A stretch of DNA of 55,525 nucleotides from an uncultured Rhodospirillaceae bacterium (GTDB lineage Bacteria; Pseudomonadota; Alphaproteobacteria; UBA2966). The stretch lies in contig CAYOAD010000003.1 of NCBI GenBank assembly GCA_964401845.1, positions 1-55,525 on the forward strand. The letters are read 5' to 3'. Below the pieces are notes generated by a model. It was not told the DNA's origin and did no database searches. It saw only the letters and a list, made by a program, of their open reading frames with translations. Shown piece by piece: positions 10,354-20,059 of the stretch. A program made the position numbers and the translations under genes. Every line of letters begins with the position of its first letter. Position 1 is the stretch's first letter.

Positions 10354-12011
10354 GGAAAATCGACGCCGTCGATCTCGGCATCATGTGGGACCGTCTGACG
10401 GCCATCACCGACGAAGTGCTGATCTCCATCGTCCGCACTGCCTTCTCGGTCGGCGTGCGCGAAGCCTGGGACGCGGCCTGCGTCGTGTTTGACGCCCAAG
10501 GCCGCTCCATCGGCCAGGCGACGCTGTCCATGCCGGCCTTCATCGGCACCGCACCCTTCACCATGAAACACATGCTGGCCCGCTTCCCCGTCGACGAATG
10601 GCGGCCCGGCGACGTCGTCGTCACCAACGACCCCTGGCTCGGCACCGGCCATACGCCGGATATCTGCGTCGCCCGCGCGGTTTTCAGCGGCGACACGCTG
10701 GTGGGCTTCGTCATGACGATTTCCCACCTGCCGGATGTCGGCGGCGTCGGTCTCTCGGCCCACAACACCGAGATCTACCAGGAAGGCCTGATCTTGCCGG
10801 TCTGTAAGCTCTACAACGCCGGCGAACCCGACCGCCAGCTGCACGATCTGATTGGCGCCAACGTGCGGGGCGCGGATCTCGTGTTCGGCGATCTGCTGGC
10901 CAACGTATCGGGCTGTACCGTGGGAGAACGCCTGCTGCTGGAACTGATGGCGGAATACGGCCTCGACGACCTTGGCGCGCTGGCCGACGGCGTCATCGAC
11001 AATTCGGAACAGGCCATCCGCGCCCGCATCGAGGATATTCCCGACGGCGTCTACCAGAACCGCATCGGCGTCGAGACGGTCGGGGACGCGACGGAGCTTG
11101 CCTGCACCGTCACGATCAAGGGCGGTTCCGTCGACGTCGATTTCGAGGGCACCGGACCGTCCTCGCCTTTCGCCGTCAACGTACCGATGTGTTATACGCG
11201 CGCCTTCACCGCCTACACCATCAAATGCCTGACCACGCCCGGCATTCCCAACAACGAAGGCGCCACCATCCCCATCGAGGTGAGCGCGCCCGAGGGCTGC
11301 ATCCTCGACGCCCGGCGGCCCTCCCCCACGGGCGGGCGGCATTCGGTCGGCTGGTATATCGTGCCGCTGATCATGGGCGCCCTGGCCGACGCCATCCCGG
11401 ACCGCGTCCAAGCCGACGCCGGCATGGCCTCGCTGTTCATCGTCCATGCCGAGGGCAAGGGCGGCGAGGCCGCTTCGGTGCAGTATTTCCTGGCCGGCGG
11501 TCTCGGCGCCATGGCCGGTCAGGACGGGCACAACACGACGCCATCACCGACCAACAACGCCGTGGTCGCCAGCGAGGTCTGGGAAAACGAGACCGGCATG
11601 ACCGTCGTGCGCCGCCAGCTGCTGCCCGATTCCGGCGGAGCGGGCGAATTCCGCGGCGGTCTCGGCCAAGTCGCCGAAATGACCAACACCAGCGGCCGGG
11701 CCAAGACCATCTTCATGTTCGGCATGCGCACCGAGTTTCCCGCCCGCGGTTTCCGGGGCGGCCGCCCCGGTGCGCCCCGGCGCTTCGAGATCGACGGCGA
11801 GGCGATTCCGCCCAAGGGCCGCATCGTCCTTGAGCCGGGTTCGACGCTGACGGTCTTTGAAGCCGGCGGCGGCGGCTACGGCGACCCCGCCGACCGAAAA
11901 CCGGCGGCCGTGCTGGCGGACGTTCAGCGCCGGGCCGTCAGCGTTCAAGGTGCGCTTGAGGACTACGGCGTGCGCGTCGATCTCGACGGGAATTCTGCGT
12001 CTCGCACCTGA
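10350..12011 (+). CDS. hyuB: Hydantoinase B/oxoprolinase B-type subunit (HyuB family)
   Basis: 553 aa with typical HyuB N-terminus (DAVDLGIMWDRLTAITDEV). ATGA overlap with hyuA. Confidence 0.85.
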   Translation: MRKIDAVDLGIMWDRLTAITDEVLISIVRTAFSVGVREAWDAACVVFDAQGRSIGQATLSMPAFIGTAPFTMKHMLARFPVDEWRPGDVVVTNDPWLGTGHTPDICVARAVFSGDTLVGFVMTISHLPDVGGVGLSAHNTEIYQEGLILPVCKLYNAGEPDRQLHDLIGANVRGADLVFGDLLANVSGCTVGERLLLELMAEYGLDDLGALADGVIDNSEQAIRARIEDIPDGVYQNRIGVETVGDATELACTVTIKGGSVDVDFEGTGPSSPFAVNVPMCYTRAFTAYTIKCLTTPGIPNNEGATIPIEVSAPEGCILDARRPSPTGGRHSVGWYIVPLIMGALADAIPDRVQADAGMASLFIVHAEGKGGEAASVQYFLAGGLGAMAGQDGHNTTPSPTNNAVVASEVWENETGMTVVRRQLLPDSGGAGEFRGGLGQVAEMTNTSGRAKTIFMFGMRTEFPARGFRGGRPGAPRRFEIDGEAIPPKGRIVLEPGSTLTVFEAGGGGYGDPADRKPAAVLADVQRRAVSVQGALEDYGVRVDLDGNSASRT

Positions 12012-12033
12012 TCCGCTTCGCTTTGCCTTGACA

Positions 12034-12053
12034 TCTACCGACCGGTCGGTAGA
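12034..12053. promoter_or_regulatory. Perfect 20-bp palindromic operator, candidate TetR site, embedded in a sigma70-like promoter
   Basis: TCTACCGACCGGTCGGTAGA is its own reverse complement. It is preceded directly by TTGACA (12028..12033). A TAGATT -10 candidate (12050..12055) lies 16 nt after the -35 element. Confidence 0.6.
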
Positions 12054-12104
12054 TTATTATACCCGAATTAACAGATAGTTGCGCTTTGATGGTGGGAGTT
12101 GATA

Positions 12105-13004
12105 ATGGATTACACGATGCTGAGCTACCGGACGGACGACGCCATCGCGACAATAACGTTCACGCGCCCGGAAAAGTTCAACACCATCAAGCCGCCGATG
12201 CCGGAAGAACTCCACCATGCCCTGGGCGCGGCCAACCTCAATCCCGATATCCGGGTCATCGTACTTGAGGGCGAGGGCGATTCGTTTTGCGCGGGCTTCG
12301 ATTTTTCCGGCGATCTCGAGCACTTCGAGGTCTGGGGCCTCAACATGAAACCGGAAAACTACGATCCCGGTCTCGACATGATGATGGCGACCAGCCCGTT
12401 CGTCGGCCCCGTGCCAAAGTTCATGTCGATCTGGCGCAGCCCCAAGCCGGTGATCGCCAAGGTCCAGGGCTATTGCGTCGGCGGCGGCTCGGAAATGGCG
12501 TTGTGCGCCGACTATGTCGTGGCTTCCGACGACGCCTGCCTGGGCACGCCGTATTCGCGGGTCTGGGGCTGCCACCTGACCGGCATGTGGATCTACCGGC
12601 TGGGACTTACCAAGGCCAAGCATTACGCCTTGATGGGGGACAGCATCTCGGGCGCCGAGGCGGCGGAAATCGGCCTGATCAACGATGCCGTACCGCTGGA
12701 GGAGCTCGACGACCGGGTCCGCTATTTCGCCGAACGCATGGCCCGTATTCCGGTCACCCAGCTGGCCGCCATGAAGCTCGTCGTCAACCAGGCTTTCGAC
12801 AACATGGGCCTGCAGTCGACCCAGACGCTGGGGCCCATCCTCGACGGCATCATGCGCAACACGCCGGAAGGCCGGGATTTCGTGCGCACGGCCATGGACG
12901 GCGGCGTGCAACAGGCCGTGGCGGAGCGGGACGGTCCGTTCGGCGATTACAGCCAGGCGCCGGCCGACAAAAACCCCCGGCGCCGGGCGGCAGCCGCAAC
13001 GTAA
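12105..13004 (+). CDS. Enoyl-CoA hydratase/isomerase (crotonase) family protein
   Basis: Motifs FCAGFDF and KVQGYCVGGGSEMALCADY. ATG at 12105 lies 6 nt after GGTGGGAG. The listed start at 12099 is TTG. Confidence 0.85.
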   Translation: MDYTMLSYRTDDAIATITFTRPEKFNTIKPPMPEELHHALGAANLNPDIRVIVLEGEGDSFCAGFDFSGDLEHFEVWGLNMKPENYDPGLDMMMATSPFVGPVPKFMSIWRSPKPVIAKVQGYCVGGGSEMALCADYVVASDDACLGTPYSRVWGCHLTGMWIYRLGLTKAKHYALMGDSISGAEAAEIGLINDAVPLEELDDRVRYFAERMARIPVTQLAAMKLVVNQAFDNMGLQSTQTLGPILDGIMRNTPEGRDFVRTAMDGGVQQAVAERDGPFGDYSQAPADKNPRRRAAAAT

Positions 13005-13035
13005 GCCGAACCGGATCGCGGGGAGGAAGGACACC

Positions 13036-13656
13036 ATGGCCAGGCCGGCGGCGGGACGGGACACCAAAGGGGAAATCCTTGATGTCGCCTGGCGCATGAT
13101 CGCCGACAGGGGGTTCGCGGCCACCTCGCTGGCCGATATCTGCCGCGTCGTCCGCCTTTCGAAGGCCTCCCTGTTGCACCACTACCCGTCCAAGGAAAAA
13201 CTGTACACCGCCGTGCTCGAAGAGGTCGCGGCGGAATTGCGCGAGGTGATCGCGGCAAGCGAAGGCGGATCGGCGAAGGCGGAGCTCCTTGGCATCGCCA
13301 TCAGAATAGAAGCCTGGGCCAAGCGCCGGCCGCCGTCGTTGCGCCTCGTGATGCGCGACATGATTGACCGGGTCGGAGAGGCCAACGCCGGCGATGCGCA
13401 CGTCTGGCCGCTCAGGTTTTTCGTCGCCCACCTCGAGGAACTCTTTCACGCGGCCCGGGACGAAAGCCCCGACGGCCGATTGTCGAGGCTTGAATTTTCC
13501 GACTTTCTCTCGCTCTTCCTCGGCCCCCTGATTTATCGCCAGCTGGCCGAACCGGTGATCGCCGGCATGCAACTCGCCGACGCCCCCGGCGCCGGGAGCA
13601 GCCTGCTGCTTTATGATCTGGCCGGGATGCTAAGCGTCGGCAGCGAACTCGGCTAG
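13036..13656 (+). CDS. TetR/AcrR family transcriptional regulator
   Basis: N-terminal HTH (RGFAATSLADICRVVRLSKASLLHHYPSKEKLY). 206 aa. Confidence 0.85.
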   Translation: MARPAAGRDTKGEILDVAWRMIADRGFAATSLADICRVVRLSKASLLHHYPSKEKLYTAVLEEVAAELREVIAASEGGSAKAELLGIAIRIEAWAKRRPPSLRLVMRDMIDRVGEANAGDAHVWPLRFFVAHLEELFHAARDESPDGRLSRLEFSDFLSLFLGPLIYRQLAEPVIAGMQLADAPGAGSSLLLYDLAGMLSVGSELG

Positions 13657-14913
13657 AACGGCGAGGAAGGTTTTGACCTCGGCGGGCGAATTGTAATGGC
13701 AGAGCGAAACCCGAAGGCAGTCCTCGATGCCCAGGGCTGCCAGGATGCGGCCCGAATAGGCGTCTGAAATCCGGGCGTGGACGCGGATGCCACGGGCGGC
13801 GAACTTGCGCACCAGTTCCTGGGCCGGCGTACCCGTCAGATTGAACGACACGATGCCTTCGCGGCCCTCCAACTGGGCGGGGCCGACCAAAGTGATGCCT
13901 TCGAACTGGGAAAGTCCCCTGGCTTCGTCGTCACCGAACAGCAGGAGGTCGATCAAGGCGGCCTCGTGCGCTGCCATGGCGGTCGATCCCGCATCCAGCA
14001 GGTCCTGCCGGCCCTCCGCCTCCGACGTCAATCCGCCGAGCCAGCAAAAATAATCGACGACTTTCGTCTGGGCGGCGTAGAAAGCCGGATCGCGCGATCC
14101 CAGTTCCCACTTGTCGGGATCGCCGCCCAGCATGTATTCGTGCGGCAGCTTGATGACCCGGTCGTTGATCCAGCCGAAACCCAGCGACAGGCGGGAATAG
14201 GCCTTGTAGGGCGAAAATACGTAGGCATCGACGCCGTATCGGTCGACGTGCATGGCGCCGTGGGGTGCGTGCTGGATGCCGTCCACGACGATGAAGCAGT
14301 CGGGCGCGACACTTCGGATGGCCTCGACGATGCCCGGCAGATCGACGACGAAGCCCGTCAGCATGCTGGTATGGATGACCGTCGCGAGGCGGGTATCGGG
14401 CGTGATCGAGGCGGCGTAGTGCTCGGGCCGGGCCGTGCCGGTTTCGGCGTCGAACGGCACCTCGATCCATTCACGATCGGTATTGGCGGCCCATTGCTTG
14501 GCGGCATCGAGACTGGCCGGATGCTCCAGCGTGCATGACAGCACCGGACCTGGCGGCGACGACAGGGCGATGGAGCGGATGACCCGGTAAAGCAGACGCG
14601 TGCCCGTCTCGCCCGATATCACCTGACCGCGGGCGGCGCCCAGATTGGCCGAACCGAACACCAGGTGGAGGTCTTCGCGGCCGTCATCCAGCAGCTTGGA
14701 GAGATAGCGCGAAGCGTCGTTGTCCCGGCCTTCCTGATCAGGCAAGGCCTCGACTTCGGCGCTGGCGGCAACCGCCGTCTTCAGCTTCAGCGAACCGCCG
14801 CCGCTTTCAAAAAAAATCCGGGCCGCATCGATGACAGGACAATGATCGACATGGTGAAATTTGTCCCGGACCCGCGCCATGACATCCGGACGGAAAAATT
14901 CGGGTGTTCGCAT
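13630..14913 (-). CDS. Class V aminotransferase-fold PLP enzyme (cysteine desulfurase / SufS-like family member)
   Basis: About 427 aa with fold-type I class V pattern and a candidate PLP lysine in FSPYKAY. ATG at 14913; the listed start at 14922 is TTG. The convergent 3' end overlaps the TetR gene by 27 nt. Confidence 0.7.
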   Translation of the reverse strand: MRTPEFFRPDVMARVRDKFHHVDHCPVIDAARIFFESGGGSLKLKTAVAASAEVEALPDQEGRDNDASRYLSKLLDDGREDLHLVFGSANLGAARGQVISGETGTRLLYRVIRSIALSSPPGPVLSCTLEHPASLDAAKQWAANTDREWIEVPFDAETGTARPEHYAASITPDTRLATVIHTSMLTGFVVDLPGIVEAIRSVAPDCFIVVDGIQHAPHGAMHVDRYGVDAYVFSPYKAYSRLSLGFGWINDRVIKLPHEYMLGGDPDKWELGSRDPAFYAAQTKVVDYFCWLGGLTSEAEGRQDLLDAGSTAMAAHEAALIDLLLFGDDEARGLSQFEGITLVGPAQLEGREGIVSFNLTGTPAQELVRKFAARGIRVHARISDAYSGRILAALGIEDCLRVSLCHYNSPAEVKTFLAVLAEFAADA

Positions 14914-15125
14914 AAGTCTCAACCTTCAAGGAATACCGGTCTGGCCGGCTGATTGCGCCGCAGGGAGAACATATAGGCTAAAGCCATTGAACGGTGAAAA
15001 TTTCGGGTTATCTGTTGGTTTGGCTGCCTTTTTCGGTGCCACTCCTTCAATGATTGATTGACTTGGCTTCGCCCAAACGCGACGATTGCCCCGCATCTGA
15101 ATTTGGTTTGGTAACGGGGGAGCTT

Positions 15126-16286
15126 ATGCGCGTCGCAATCCGGCTGGCCGTCGTGATTTCCATCATTTTTGGAATTGCGGCCTGCACCCGTGCGCCCGCA
15201 GACCCCGGACCTCAAATCAACGATATACCACCGCTTGCCGAGGGCGCCGGCCGTATCTTCTTCTATCGCGCCGGCATGTTCGGTTATTCGGTCGAACCCC
15301 ACGCCTACCTCGACAATAAGTTTTTGGGGAAATTCGTTAACGGCCAGTTCCTGGTGGTTGACGCCCCGCCCGGCCCCCATGACGTCGCAACGACCATGGA
15401 CGCCGAGAAGCGGTTGTCGTTCGACCTTGAGGAAGGTGAAACGCGCTACATCGAGATGTCCGTCGGGCTCGATGTGATGCTCGGCAATGTCGCCCTCGAT
15501 TTCCGTAATTTCGAATCGGCGCTGCCCGACCTCAACAGCCTGCGCATGCAGCGCTATCAGCATATGAGCGAAGACGGCAAGCTCACGCAAGTTCGGGTCC
15601 GGCGAACCATGGCGCGGAGCACCCAGCCGGTCAAGGAAACGAAACCGGCCGCCTCGGAACAGAAAATGGTCGAGAAGAAACCGGAACCGATGGCGGAAGA
15701 CAAGGCCGAGGAAGCCAAGCAAGAAGAACATAAGGAGGAGATGAAACCCGAAGAGCCGGAAATGCCGGCCAAGAGCGTGGACTCGGACCCCGGCACCGAA
15801 TCCCGCTTGCTCGCCGTCGAACTAGGTGTGGAGAGCCTGACGACGCGGGTTGACCGCTTGAACTCGGAAGTCCGTAAGCTGTCCGCACTGGGCGCATATC
15901 TGTCGGCCAAGTCGACCGGTATGCCGGCCCCTGAATCGGGTTCACCGCCGCCACCGCAGCCGGCGCCTGAAATGAAGCCGAAAAAGGAAGAGAAAAAGGC
16001 TGCGTCAACGAAGCCGGCGCCGAAACCGACGGGCGGCTTCGGTATTCACCTCAGTTCCTTCAGCAACGAGGCCGCCTTGAAGCGAGGAGCGGGCAAGCTG
16101 CGCAAGTCGCTTGAGCTCGAACTTGAAGATCTGGAGCACACCCAACAGCCGGTAGAGGTCAAGGACAAGGGAACGTTCTACCGCCTGATCTACGGCCCCG
16201 TCGGCCAACGGACCATCGCCGCCGGCATCTGCCAGGCGATCAAGGAAAAAGGCGTCAAATACTGCAAAGTCGTCAAGTGGCCCTAA
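15126..16286 (+). CDS. Lipoprotein with an N-terminal DUF2846-like domain, K/E/P-rich linker and C-terminal SPOR (peptidoglycan-binding) domain
   Basis: ATG at 15126 follows GGGGGAG. Lipobox IAAC. The C-terminal GFGIHLSSFSNEAALKRGAGKL...FYRLIYGPV segment is SPOR-like. Confidence 0.75.
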   Translation: MRVAIRLAVVISIIFGIAACTRAPADPGPQINDIPPLAEGAGRIFFYRAGMFGYSVEPHAYLDNKFLGKFVNGQFLVVDAPPGPHDVATTMDAEKRLSFDLEEGETRYIEMSVGLDVMLGNVALDFRNFESALPDLNSLRMQRYQHMSEDGKLTQVRVRRTMARSTQPVKETKPAASEQKMVEKKPEPMAEDKAEEAKQEEHKEEMKPEEPEMPAKSVDSDPGTESRLLAVELGVESLTTRVDRLNSEVRKLSALGAYLSAKSTGMPAPESGSPPPPQPAPEMKPKKEEKKAASTKPAPKPTGGFGIHLSSFSNEAALKRGAGKLRKSLELELEDLEHTQQPVEVKDKGTFYRLIYGPVGQRTIAAGICQAIKEKGVKYCKVVKWP

Positions 16287-16289
16287 AGC

Positions 16290-17969
16290 CTAGCCGATCC
16301 CCAACGACGGTAGTTTGAGGCCGTTTCCCCGGGCGCATTCGACGGCGCTTTCGTAGCCCGCATCGGCGTGGCGCATGACGCCTGATGCCGGATCGTTCCA
16401 CAAAACCCGCTCGATGCGGCGCGTCGCATCCGCCGTGCCGTCGCAGACGATGACCATGCCGGCATGCTGTGAATAGCCCATACCGACGCCGCCGCCGTGG
16501 TGAAGCGATACCCAGGTGGCGCCCGATGCGCAGTTGATCAGGGCGTTCAGCAGCGGCCAGTCCGAGACGGCGTCCGAGCCGTCCTTCATGGCCTCGGTTT
16601 CGCGGTTGGGACTGGCGACCGAACCGCTGTCGAGATGGTCGCGCCCGATCACGACGGGCGCCGACAATTCACCGTTGGCCACCATTTCGTTGAAAGCCAT
16701 CCCCAAGCGGTGACGCTGGCCCAGGCCGACCCAGCAGATGCGCGAGGGCAGGCCCTGAAAGTGAATACGCTCCCGCGCCATGTCGAGCCAGTTGTGCAAG
16801 TGCGGATCGTCGGGGATCAGCTCCTTGACCTTCTCGTCGGTGCGGTAGATGTCCTCCGGATCGCCCGATAGGGCGGCCCAGCGGAAGGGTCCGATGCCGC
16901 GGCAAAAGAGCGGCCGGATATAGGCCGGCACGAAACCGGGAAAATCGAAGGCGTCCAGGACGCCCATATCCTTCGCCACCTGACGGATATTGTTGCCGTA
17001 GTCCAGCGTCGGTACGCCGGCATGCCAGAAGTCCAGCATCGCCCGGACTTGGACCGCCATGCTCTCCTTGGCGGCCGCCTCGACGGCCTTGGGATCCCGT
17101 TCCTTCTGGCTTTCCCATTGATCGAGCGTCCAGCCGGCGGGCAGGTAACCGTTGAGCGGATCGTGCGCCGAGGTCTGGTCGGTAACAGCGTCGGGACGAA
17201 CGCCCCGGCGCACCATCTCGGGATAGAGTTCGGCGGCATTGCCCAGCAGGCCGACGGAGAGAGGTTTCTTCTCGGCGCAGGATTTTTCCATCATCGCCAG
17301 CGCCTCGTCGAGCGAATCCGTCTTTTCATCGAGGTAGCCGCTACGCAGGCGGAAGTCGATGCGGCTGGGCTGGCATTCCACCGCCAGCATCGAAGCCCCC
17401 GCCATGGTGGCGGCCAGAGGCTGCGCGCCACCCATGCCGCCGAGACCGCCGGTCAGGATCCAGCGCCCGGACAGATCGCCATCGTAGTGCTGGCGGCCGA
17501 CCTCGACGAAGGTTTCGTAGGTGCCCTGGACGATGCCCTGGCTGCCGATGTAGATCCACGAGCCCGCTGTCATCTGGCCGTACATCATCAGGCCGACTTT
17601 ATCGAGTTCGTTGAAGTGATCCCAGTTGGCCCACTCGGGCACCAAATTCGAATTGGCGATCAGGACGCGGGGCGCGTCCTTGTGCGTGCGGAAGACGCCG
17701 ACGGGCTTGCCGGACTGGACGATCAGGGTTTCGTCGTCTTCGAGGTCCTTGAGGCTGGCCGTGATCTGGTCGAAGGCCTCCCAGCTGCGCGCCGCCCGGC
17801 CGATGCCGCCGTAGACCACCAGCTCCTGCGGTTTTTCCGCGACCTCGGCGTCGAGGTTGTTCATCAGCATGCGCAGCGGCGCTTCCGTCAGCCAGCTTTT
17901 GGCGTTGAGCTCGCTGCCGCGCGGGGCGCGGATCTCGCGCGAGTTGTCGAGGCGTGAGGATTGCGTCAT
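16290..17969 (-). CDS. hutU: Urocanate hydratase
   Basis: 559 aa. Motifs [13 protein letters not shown] (NAD site), [34 protein letters not shown] overlap with hutG. Confidence 0.95.
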   Translation of the reverse strand: MTQSSRLDNSREIRAPRGSELNAKSWLTEAPLRMLMNNLDAEVAEKPQELVVYGGIGRAARSWEAFDQITASLKDLEDDETLIVQSGKPVGVFRTHKDAPRVLIANSNLVPEWANWDHFNELDKVGLMMYGQMTAGSWIYIGSQGIVQGTYETFVEVGRQHYDGDLSGRWILTGGLGGMGGAQPLAATMAGASMLAVECQPSRIDFRLRSGYLDEKTDSLDEALAMMEKSCAEKKPLSVGLLGNAAELYPEMVRRGVRPDAVTDQTSAHDPLNGYLPAGWTLDQWESQKERDPKAVEAAAKESMAVQVRAMLDFWHAGVPTLDYGNNIRQVAKDMGVLDAFDFPGFVPAYIRPLFCRGIGPFRWAALSGDPEDIYRTDEKVKELIPDDPHLHNWLDMARERIHFQGLPSRICWVGLGQRHRLGMAFNEMVANGELSAPVVIGRDHLDSGSVASPNRETEAMKDGSDAVSDWPLLNALINCASGATWVSLHHGGGVGMGYSQHAGMVIVCDGTADATRRIERVLWNDPASGVMRHADAGYESAVECARGNGLKLPSLGIG

Positions 17970-18778
17970 GTCTCTGCTCCCAATTTCCGTTGCGCCCAGC
18001 CGATCATGTCGCCGAGGGCGCCTTTCAAGATGTCTCCGATCTTCGCCGCCTCGGCCTCAAGATAGGTCCAGGGCGGCGTTTCCTCCATGTAGGCGCGTTG
18101 CGCCAATTCAAGCTGCAGGGCGTGAACGTTAGCGGCCGGGTCGCCGTAATGCCGCGTGATCCAGCCGCCCTTGAAGCGGCCGTTGACCACCGTGGTCAGG
18201 CCGGCCGCTGCGTGGCAGGCGTCGCTGAGAATGTCCGCCATCGCCGGGTGGCATGAAGCACCGTCGTTGCTGCCGATATTGAAGTCCGGCAGCCGGCCGT
18301 CGAACAGGCGCGGCACGGCCGAACGGATCGAATGGCAGTCGAACAACAAGGCATAGCCGTGGCGCTTGACGGTCTCCCCGATGAGCCCGGCCAGCGCCTC
18401 GTGATAAGGAGTGTAGTAGGCTTCGATACGGCGTTTGATTTCGGCCTCGGCGGGTTCCGCTCCGTCGCGGTAGATCTGCGTGCCGTCGAACGTCGTCGTC
18501 GGGCACAGGCCGGTGGTGGCCTGGCCGGGATAAAGCGAAGCGCCTGATGGGTCCCGGTTGAGGTCGATGACGTAGCGCGACAGCTTGGCCTGCACGACAT
18601 TGGCGTCGAAGTCACCGTGAAAGCCATAAAGCTTTTCGATCCACCAGTCGGTGTCGGCGATGCCGCGGCCTTCCGCGTTCAGCTGCTCTTCCACCTCAGG
18701 CGTCAGCGCCCGGCCGCAATGGGGCATGCTGAGGATCAGGGGCGCCGTACCCCGGTGGATTTCGACGACGTCGCTCAC
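17966..18778 (-). CDS. hutG: N-formylglutamate amidohydrolase
   Basis: Homologous part starts [25 protein letters not shown] (18778..18776) overlaps the hutI TGA as GTGA. The listed start at 18982 lies inside hutI. Confidence 0.85.
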   Translation of the reverse strand: MSDVVEIHRGTAPLILSMPHCGRALTPEVEEQLNAEGRGIADTDWWIEKLYGFHGDFDANVVQAKLSRYVIDLNRDPSGASLYPGQATTGLCPTTTFDGTQIYRDGAEPAEAEIKRRIEAYYTPYHEALAGLIGETVKRHGYALLFDCHSIRSAVPRLFDGRLPDFNIGSNDGASCHPAMADILSDACHAAAGLTTVVNGRFKGGWITRHYGDPAANVHALQLELAQRAYMEETPPWTYLEAEAAKIGDILKGALGDMIGWAQRKLGAET

Positions 18779-19986
18779 GCGCCGTTCCTGATGCGTTGGT
18801 GCAGCGGGTTGAAGCCGATGGCGTAGCTCAATTCCGCCGGATGCTCGATATCCCAGATCGCCAGATCGCAGGCCTTGCCCGGCTCGATCGTACCGACCTC
18901 GTCCTGCAGGCCCAGCGCGCGGGCGCCATGGCGGGTAACCCCCGCCAGGGCCTCTTCCGGCGTCAGGCGGAACAGCGTGCACGCCATGTTGAGCACGAGC
19001 AGCAGCGATCCCATGGGCGAGGAGCCCGGGTTACTGTCGGTGGCCAGCGCCATCGGTACGCCGTGGCGGCGGAACAGGTCGACCGGAGGCACGGTCTCAT
19101 CGCGCAGGAAATAGAAAGCGCCCGGCAGCAACACCGCCACCGTGCCGGCCCCCGCCATCGCCACGACCCCTGCCTCGTCGACGTATTCCAGATGGTCGGC
19201 GGACAGCGCGCTGAACTCGGCCGCCAGAGCCGCACCACCCAGATTGCTGAGCTGTTCAGCGTGGAGCTTGACGGGCAGTCCCAACGCCTTCGCGGCCTCG
19301 AACACCCGGCGGGTCTGTTCGTTGGAAAATCCGATGCCCTCGCAGAAGGCGTCGACGGCGTCGGCCAGGCCTGCGCTATGCGCAGCGGGAAGCTGGCTGT
19401 CGCAGACATCCCCGATATAGGCGTCCGAATCGCCCTCCGCCTCCGGCGGCAGGGCATGGGCACCGAGAAATGTCGTTTTGATTAGAACGTCCCGTTCGGT
19501 GCCCAGCGCCCGCGCGGTGCGCAACATCTTGCATTCGGTTTCGGCATCGAGGCCGTAGCCCGATTTGATTTCGATCGTCGTCACACCATCGGCGATCAGA
19601 CTGTCGAGCCGGGGCAACGCGGCCTGAACAAGCGCCGTCTCGCCGGCTTCGCGTGTGGCTGCCACGGTCGAAACGATACCGCCGCCGGCTTTTGAAATTT
19701 CCTCGTAGGAAGCGCCCTTGAGGCGCTGCTCGAATTCGGTTGCGCGGTTACCGCCGTAAACCAGGTGGGTGTGGCAGTCGACAAGACCCGGTGTGATCCA
19801 GCGGCCCTCGACGTCAACCGTGGAGTGCGCGGACATCGCCGGCGCTTCGGCTTCGAGGCCTGCCCAGGCGATACGGCCGTCCTTGGCGGCGATCAGTCCG
19901 CCTTCGACGGCGCCGTAGCCTTCGCGCGCAGGATCCATCGTCGCGAGGCGGGCGTTTTTCCAGATTTTGTCGACGGCAACGGTCAT
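18775..19986 (-). CDS. hutI: Imidazolonepropionase
   Basis: Starts [17 protein letters not shown]; contains [13 protein letters not shown] and other amidohydrolase metal motifs. ATG at 19986. Confidence 0.93.
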   Translation of the reverse strand: MTVAVDKIWKNARLATMDPAREGYGAVEGGLIAAKDGRIAWAGLEAEAPAMSAHSTVDVEGRWITPGLVDCHTHLVYGGNRATEFEQRLKGASYEEISKAGGGIVSTVAATREAGETALVQAALPRLDSLIADGVTTIEIKSGYGLDAETECKMLRTARALGTERDVLIKTTFLGAHALPPEAEGDSDAYIGDVCDSQLPAAHSAGLADAVDAFCEGIGFSNEQTRRVFEAAKALGLPVKLHAEQLSNLGGAALAAEFSALSADHLEYVDEAGVVAMAGAGTVAVLLPGAFYFLRDETVPPVDLFRRHGVPMALATDSNPGSSPMGSLLLVLNMACTLFRLTPEEALAGVTRHGARALGLQDEVGTIEPGKACDLAIWDIEHPAELSYAIGFNPLHQRIRNGA

Positions 19987-20006
19987 CGGTCCATCCCCCA
20001 ATTCAT

Positions 20007-20018
20007 TTGTATATACAA
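20007..20018. promoter_or_regulatory. Candidate HutC operator 1, perfect palindrome
   Basis: TTGTATATACAA contains TGTA-N2-TACA, the HutC-type GntR motif as I recall it. It lies in the AT-rich hutI/hutF divergent spacer. Confidence 0.65.
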
Positions 20019-20044
20019 TTAGAATGGACAGGAGGCAAGCTTTT

Positions 20045-20056
20045 TTGTATAGACAA
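20045..20056. promoter_or_regulatory. Candidate HutC operator 2, one mismatch
   Basis: TTGTATAGACAA, 38 nt from operator 1 and immediately upstream of the hutF ATG (20060). Confidence 0.55.
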
Positions 20057-20059
20057 TAC

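Noticed and set aside
8821-11531. Long minus-strand ORFs (8821..10299, 492 aa; 10257..11531, 424 aa) opposite hyuA and hyuB
   Set aside because: Their translations are dominated by R/G/A/D/H/V with no recognisable motifs. This is typical of antisense frames in GC-rich DNA. The plus-strand ORFs carry clear hydantoinase A/B motifs and are translationally coupled.
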